Below, piece after piece: positions 38,756 through 43,843 of a stretch of DNA of 43,843 nucleotides. Each line of letters starts with the position of its first letter. The first letter of the stretch is position 1. The position numbers were made by a program, and so were the translations under genes. The notes under the pieces are model-generated. The model made no database searches. It had not been told where the DNA came from and saw nothing but the letters and a program-made list of their open reading frames with translations. This DNA is from Octopus sinensis (taxonomy: Eukaryota), in NCBI RefSeq assembly GCF_006345805.1, contig NW_021835150.1, positions 1 through 43,843 of the forward strand, read 5' to 3'.

Positions 38756-38960
38756 TTGTACGTTTGTGTCTTTGGGTCTGTGTTTGTCCCTCCACCATCG
38801 CCTTACAACCGATATTGATGTGTTTACGTTCCCGTATCTAGCAGTTCGGCAAAATAAACCGATAAGGCTTACTGTAATTAAAACCTGGGGTCGATTTCTT
38901 CTTTTAAAATCCCTTAAAGCAGCGCTCCATCATGGCCGCTGACAAATTTTCGAAACAAGT
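38421..38960 (+). mobile_element. SINE family B with an inverted internal segment
   Basis: Head at 38421-38540, then 38541-38595 matches the family B 3' region in opposite orientation, then the body resumes. Confidence 0.75.
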
Positions 38961-38969
38961 TATACATAT

Positions 38970-39006
<37 letters not shown>

Positions 39007-39245
39007 GAGGAGTAGATGGACAGCCGACAACTGATGTCTGATAGGAAATTATTCATTTAAGAGATGAATGACATGTGGAGCTGTAGACAGGAAGTTTTGA
39101 AAAGAGACCTGCATGCCAATTAAGGTCAAAAGCTCCAGATTCGTTCGACGAACTTTTGTAAAGCGAAATCCACTCACAAGGCTTTAGTCGACCTGAGGCT
39201 ATTACGTTGCTATACATATTGTAGAGGTTTGTTGTGATGCTCTTG

Positions 39246-39360
39246 TTACTGTATTGAAAGTGTTTTACGTAGGATGTGTGCGGTGCCTAGTAGTGCTATT
39301 TTCTGTATGTTATATATACTTGTTAGTCCTGGTGTTTTTGTGATGTATTTGTCTGAATAT
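39246..39360 (-). pseudogene. 3' end fragment of an RLE-type non-LTR retrotransposon ORF
   Basis: Minus strand reads YSDKYITKTPGLTSIYNIQKIALLGTAHILRKTLSIQ*, matching the QKxxLLGTAHILRK C-terminal motif of R4/Dong-like elements. Confidence 0.65.
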
Positions 39361-39516
39361 ATATTTCATTTTACAGGCCTTGTGCCTATAATAGAAAGGA
39401 TTATTCTTATTTTAGTGCCTTTGTCTAAGCTCTTTCGTCACACACCCTGTGATCTTATCAGCGATTCTACCCCCCCCATGTCTCTTGTTCTGCTTATTTC
39501 ACACACACACACACCA

Positions 39517-39557
<41 letters not shown>

Positions 39558-40710
39558 TTTTATTGTAACATACTACGACACATTACGTAGGAGTGATTAG
39601 TCAAGTGAAATAGCCTCCAAGTACTTGGAAATTATTTTTATCATTACTGTAGTTGAAGGCAAGATTTGAACTCATAACGTAAAGAAGCGTAACTAAACAC
39701 ATAACCATAGTACCCCCAGGCATTACGTATTATTTCTATTTCTTTTGTCATTTCCTTTACATTTCGTTCATTTCTTATATTTCCTTACGTATGTATGTAT
39801 ATTTGTTCTTTGTATGAAGAAAAACGCCCATACTATTTAAGACCTTTTTTTTTCCGAACGCGTAGAAAGCATATAAACATAACAAAATGGAAGAAAAGCA
39901 GACGATAAATACTTTTTAAAAAATCTCGGTAACAAAACAAAGGAAATGCAAGACAGAGTGAATCTATTTCCAGTTCATTCTCCTCTGATCCTTTGTCAGC
40001 ACGCCATTTGGGATAAGTGCTGGGAAAAGATATATAAACTAATGCAATTTATATTTTAAGGAAAAAAAAAAACCCAAAAGCTATCCAACTTATTTTGTGG
40101 TTCTTTTACTCTCACTTTCATGTCGAGTATTTCTTTGTAGGTTAGACATGTTATCGATACCACAGTAAACACATCTTACTTCGGCCATTGTAAGTGTTGT
40201 CTCTTGTCCTACATTATTTAAACCACGACTTTCTAGAAGGTACTTTGTTATTTTTATGGTTTCCGTTGTTGTCCTTCAGGCTCTTCTTGTGGTCATCGTT
40301 CTTGCTGCTGTTGTTGTTGTTGTTGTTCGCATCAAACATCATTATGTTGGTCTATTTCTCTTCGTATTTCTTGTACTTTCCCACTCTCTTCTTTTCCTCA
40401 ACCTCAATCTGACACATATATATATATACGCACACGCACTCACATAGTCAAACACACATATATACATACATATACCACACACACACACTTGTTTACCAGT
40501 TCAAATATGCATATTCGAACCCGGAAGAAAGCTTTTCCTAGTGTATTGTCACGGAAAAAATTCCTCGCTGTTGACAAATAGATGTAAATACATCGTATCA
40601 GCTCGCAGCGCCATCAGATCAGACTGTGGGATGCATTGCGTTTTTGGAGTAGTTGTCTTCTCTTTAGTCACAGACACCAGACAATGCGATTGTGTGTATG
40701 TGTGTGTGTG

Positions 40711-41043
40711 AAGGCGCATGACTCAGTGGTTAGAGGGTCGATCTTACGATCGTGAGGTTGTGAGTTCGAATCCCGGACCGGGCTGCGTGTTGTGTTCTTG
40801 AGCAAGACACTTTATTTCACGTTGCTCCAGTTCACTTAGCTGTAGAAATGAGTTGCGATGTCACAGGTGCCAAGCTGTATCGGCCTTTGCTTTTCCCTTG
40901 GATAACATCAGTGGTGTGGAGAGGGCAGATTGGTAAGCATGGGTGACTGCTGGTCTTCCATAAACAATCTTTCCCGGACTTGTGCCTCGGAGGGTAACTT
41001 TCTAGGTGCAATCCCACGGTCAGTCATGACTGAAGGGGGTCTC
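40711..41043 (+). mobile_element. tRNA-derived SINE family D
   Basis: A box TGACTCAGTGG, B box GAGTTCGAATCCC, then CORE/V-like TTGAGCAAGACACTTT. Confidence 0.8.
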
Positions 41044-41045
41044 AG

Positions 41046-41091
<46 letters not shown>

Positions 41092-41334
41092 TATATTTAC
41101 ACTCCACGCCCGCGCGCATACACACACACACACACTCTCTCTCTCCCTCTCTCTCTCTCTCGCTAGTATACACGTATATTAATAGATTTTTATCAGAAGA
41201 CCGTGGTAATTGCAATATGAAATAAAACAATTTCACAAAATGTAATGATGTTTAGTGTATATCTTCTTAGAACGCACCTGATGTTACGACTCCCACCTCC
41301 TTAGAGAAGTCGAAGAAATGTGTGGCCAGTTGGT

Positions 41335-41355
41335 CCATCCATCCATCCATCCATC

Positions 41356-41404
<49 letters not shown>

Positions 41405-41421
41405 CGTACCTATCTATCTAC

Positions 41422-41490
<69 letters not shown>

Positions 41491-41491
41491 A

Positions 41492-41530
<39 letters not shown>

Positions 41531-41547
41531 CGTACCTATCTATCTAC

Positions 41548-41612
<65 letters not shown>
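41335..41612. repeat. (ATCT)n microsatellite
   Basis: Directly visible. Confidence 0.95.
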
Positions 41613-41613
<1 letters not shown>

Positions 41614-42364
41614 GAGTATACATACACACACATAGACACACAGTAAACTCAATAATATAGTGGAATAGATAACGATGCAATGAAGCTGATGTTAATAATA
41701 TTATTACTAATAAATATGTATAGCAGTGAAATAGCTAGGAAATTTAGATAGTCGTAGAAAAGATGAGCTAAGCGTTAAAATATAACCAACAAAAGCAATT
41801 AAAACACTTCAAATGAAAATTAAATTTAAAATTAGAAAATGAGATATTCGTGAAGAAAACACTACTAAGATGGAGAGATGGAAAATCTTGTTACAAGGAT
41901 ATTGAAACTATAATAATATACGTAGAACAAATATAGGAATAAAACAATAAAGTGAGAATGAAAACAATAAGTAACGACAGTCTTGAAGTGTTGAGTAATA
42001 TGGCGCTAAGAAGGGAGGGATTACGGGTGGGTGAGAGCGAGTGTAAAGGTTAAAGATTGAAAGGAATTTAAAGTAGCGTTGGAGATTTAACTAATTAGGA
42101 AAATTGGGTGGTGGTGTGGTGGTGGTGGGAGGGAAGTTGTGTGGTTGGGGTGGTTGGGTAGTTGTGTGATTTTTCGGGGAAAGGGATAAAAACGGAGATG
42201 AAAAAGAAAGAAGCGGATGGGGGGCGTAAAGAGGGGGGAAAAAGAAAAAAGGAAGGAGAAAGAAAGGATTATGAGGAAGAGAGGATATTTACATAGGAGC
42301 GATGTATCAAAGATTAAGATTTTAAGTAGAAATTATGTAACGCATTGGCAACCACCAACCTAGG

Positions 42365-42895
42365 GTGGAAAGTAACGACCAGGTTCTCCTACGGGATTCG
42401 AACCACGTCTGTGTTAAGTCTATGTCGACTACGTCAAGAATTACACCAAATACATTCGAATTGTTCACTAGACCGCCATCTTTTATCTTTTATTTGTTTC
42501 AATCATTTGACTGCGGCCATGCTGGGGCACCACCTTGAATATTTTGTCGAACAAATTGACTCCAGGATTTACTTTTCATTAAGTCTAGTACTTGTACTAT
42601 CGGCCTCTTTTGCCGAAACGCTATGTTACGGTGTGGAAAGTAACGACCAGGTTCTCTACGGATTCGAACCACGTCTGTGTTAAGTCTATGTCGACTACGT
42701 CAAGAATTACCAAATACATTCGAAATTTAATAGACCGCCATCTTTTATCTCTTTATTTGCTTCAATCATTTGACTGCGGCCATGTGCGGGCACCACCTTG
42801 AGTTTTTTGTCGAACAAATTGACTCCAGGATTTACTTTTCATTAAGTCTAGTACTTGTACTATCGGCCTCTTTTGCCGAAACGCTAAGTTACGGT
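42365..42895 (+). repeat. Tandem duplication of about 268 bp (flank plus 3' end of a family B SINE)
   Basis: GTGGAAAGTAACGACCAGG at 42365 and 42633. Confidence 0.9.
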
Positions 42896-43190
42896 AAATC
42901 CTTAAATCCTTAAACATTTTTTTAGCCCGAAGGCCGCGGCCATGCTGGGGCATCACCGCTGGTATGGTAAATATATCAACACAAATTGTCAAGCGGTGGT
43001 GAGCACACACACACACCACACACACACACACACACACTTTTCAGTTTCCGTCTCCGAAATCCACTCATAAGGTTTTGGTCGGCCCGAGGCTATAGAAGAA
43101 GACATTTGCCCTAGGTGCCACGGAGAGGGACTGAACCCGGCACCATGTGGTTGTGAAGCACGTTTTCTACCACATAGCTACGCCTGCGCC
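42740..43190 (-). mobile_element. Diverged SINE family B interrupted by a short element at 42895-42964
   Basis: Family B tail, internal (AC)n and head are recognisable. Confidence 0.75.
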
Positions 43191-43843
43191 TATATGCAGT
43201 TATGTTAATTATGCAACATCTGATTGAAATTATGAAGATTGCTTCACAGTCTCGTATTTTCTAGTTCGACTGCATTGCAAGAACTTCGGGCAAATGTTTC
43301 CTAACGTAGCCTCACCGGTTGACCAATAAACTTGTGGGTGAAATTCGGCTGTCGGAAACTGCTGAAGCCCACATACATACGTGCATACTTATATAATGAA
43401 TGTTTATGAATTCTATGTCAACAGGTTAACCAGCGTTACCCGGGAAACAGACAGCGAAAATGGCGGCCGATACTTGTAAATGTATCACATATAACTCCAG
43501 GCCACGACAGAGAGATAGGATGCTCTTGAAGCCTAGAATGTGAATTTATGGTGACAATATTTATATATCGCCCGAGGAAACACATCTAGATCTCATAATG
43601 CTGGGAAATGGTTACAAGCAGCCGAAGAGATAGGACGTGTTTTTCCATAGCCCTGGCCAGTCAGAAGCCGAAGAAACAACAGATCTCATCTCAGAATAGC
43701 TGAAATTTTCTTTATTGCCAATCTCGAAACCTCCGAAATTTATGATTCTATAATCATTTTGCAGTCATCGGAAGACAGAGTTTACTTAATGGAAACTTAT
43801 ATAAATTTATAAACTCAAAGAAATTTGAAAGTTCAACTCGTGA

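Overview
Repeat-saturated, AT-rich eukaryotic (animal) intergenic or intronic DNA. The tRNA-derived SINE families and the extreme microsatellite load suggest an octopus or other coleoid cephalopod (inference, not checked). I see no intact protein-coding gene, rRNA, true tRNA gene or CRISPR array; almost all listed ORFs are translations of microsatellites or repeats. The window holds >25 SINE copies of about 4 tRNA-headed families, mariner relics, a decayed RLE-type LINE, a decayed GIY-YIG (Penelope-like) fragment, non-autonomous Helitrons, several MITEs and SINE-derived tandem arrays. Four observations stand out. (1) A single TSD-flanked insertion (12771-13456) is a head-to-head inverted pair of a unit that joins a tRNA-like Pol III head to a Penelope-type minimal hammerhead ribozyme, plus a 33-bp unpaired tail. 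(2) A second hammerhead-like tandem repeat has a variant core (31711-32091). (3) One SINE family repeatedly forms head-body-body multimers with the same junction, apparently by inserting into a GGTATT site in its own head. (4) An 18 x 87-bp array of amplified SINE heads carries a 7-unit higher-order repeat. Two weak minus-strand exon candidates are also flagged.
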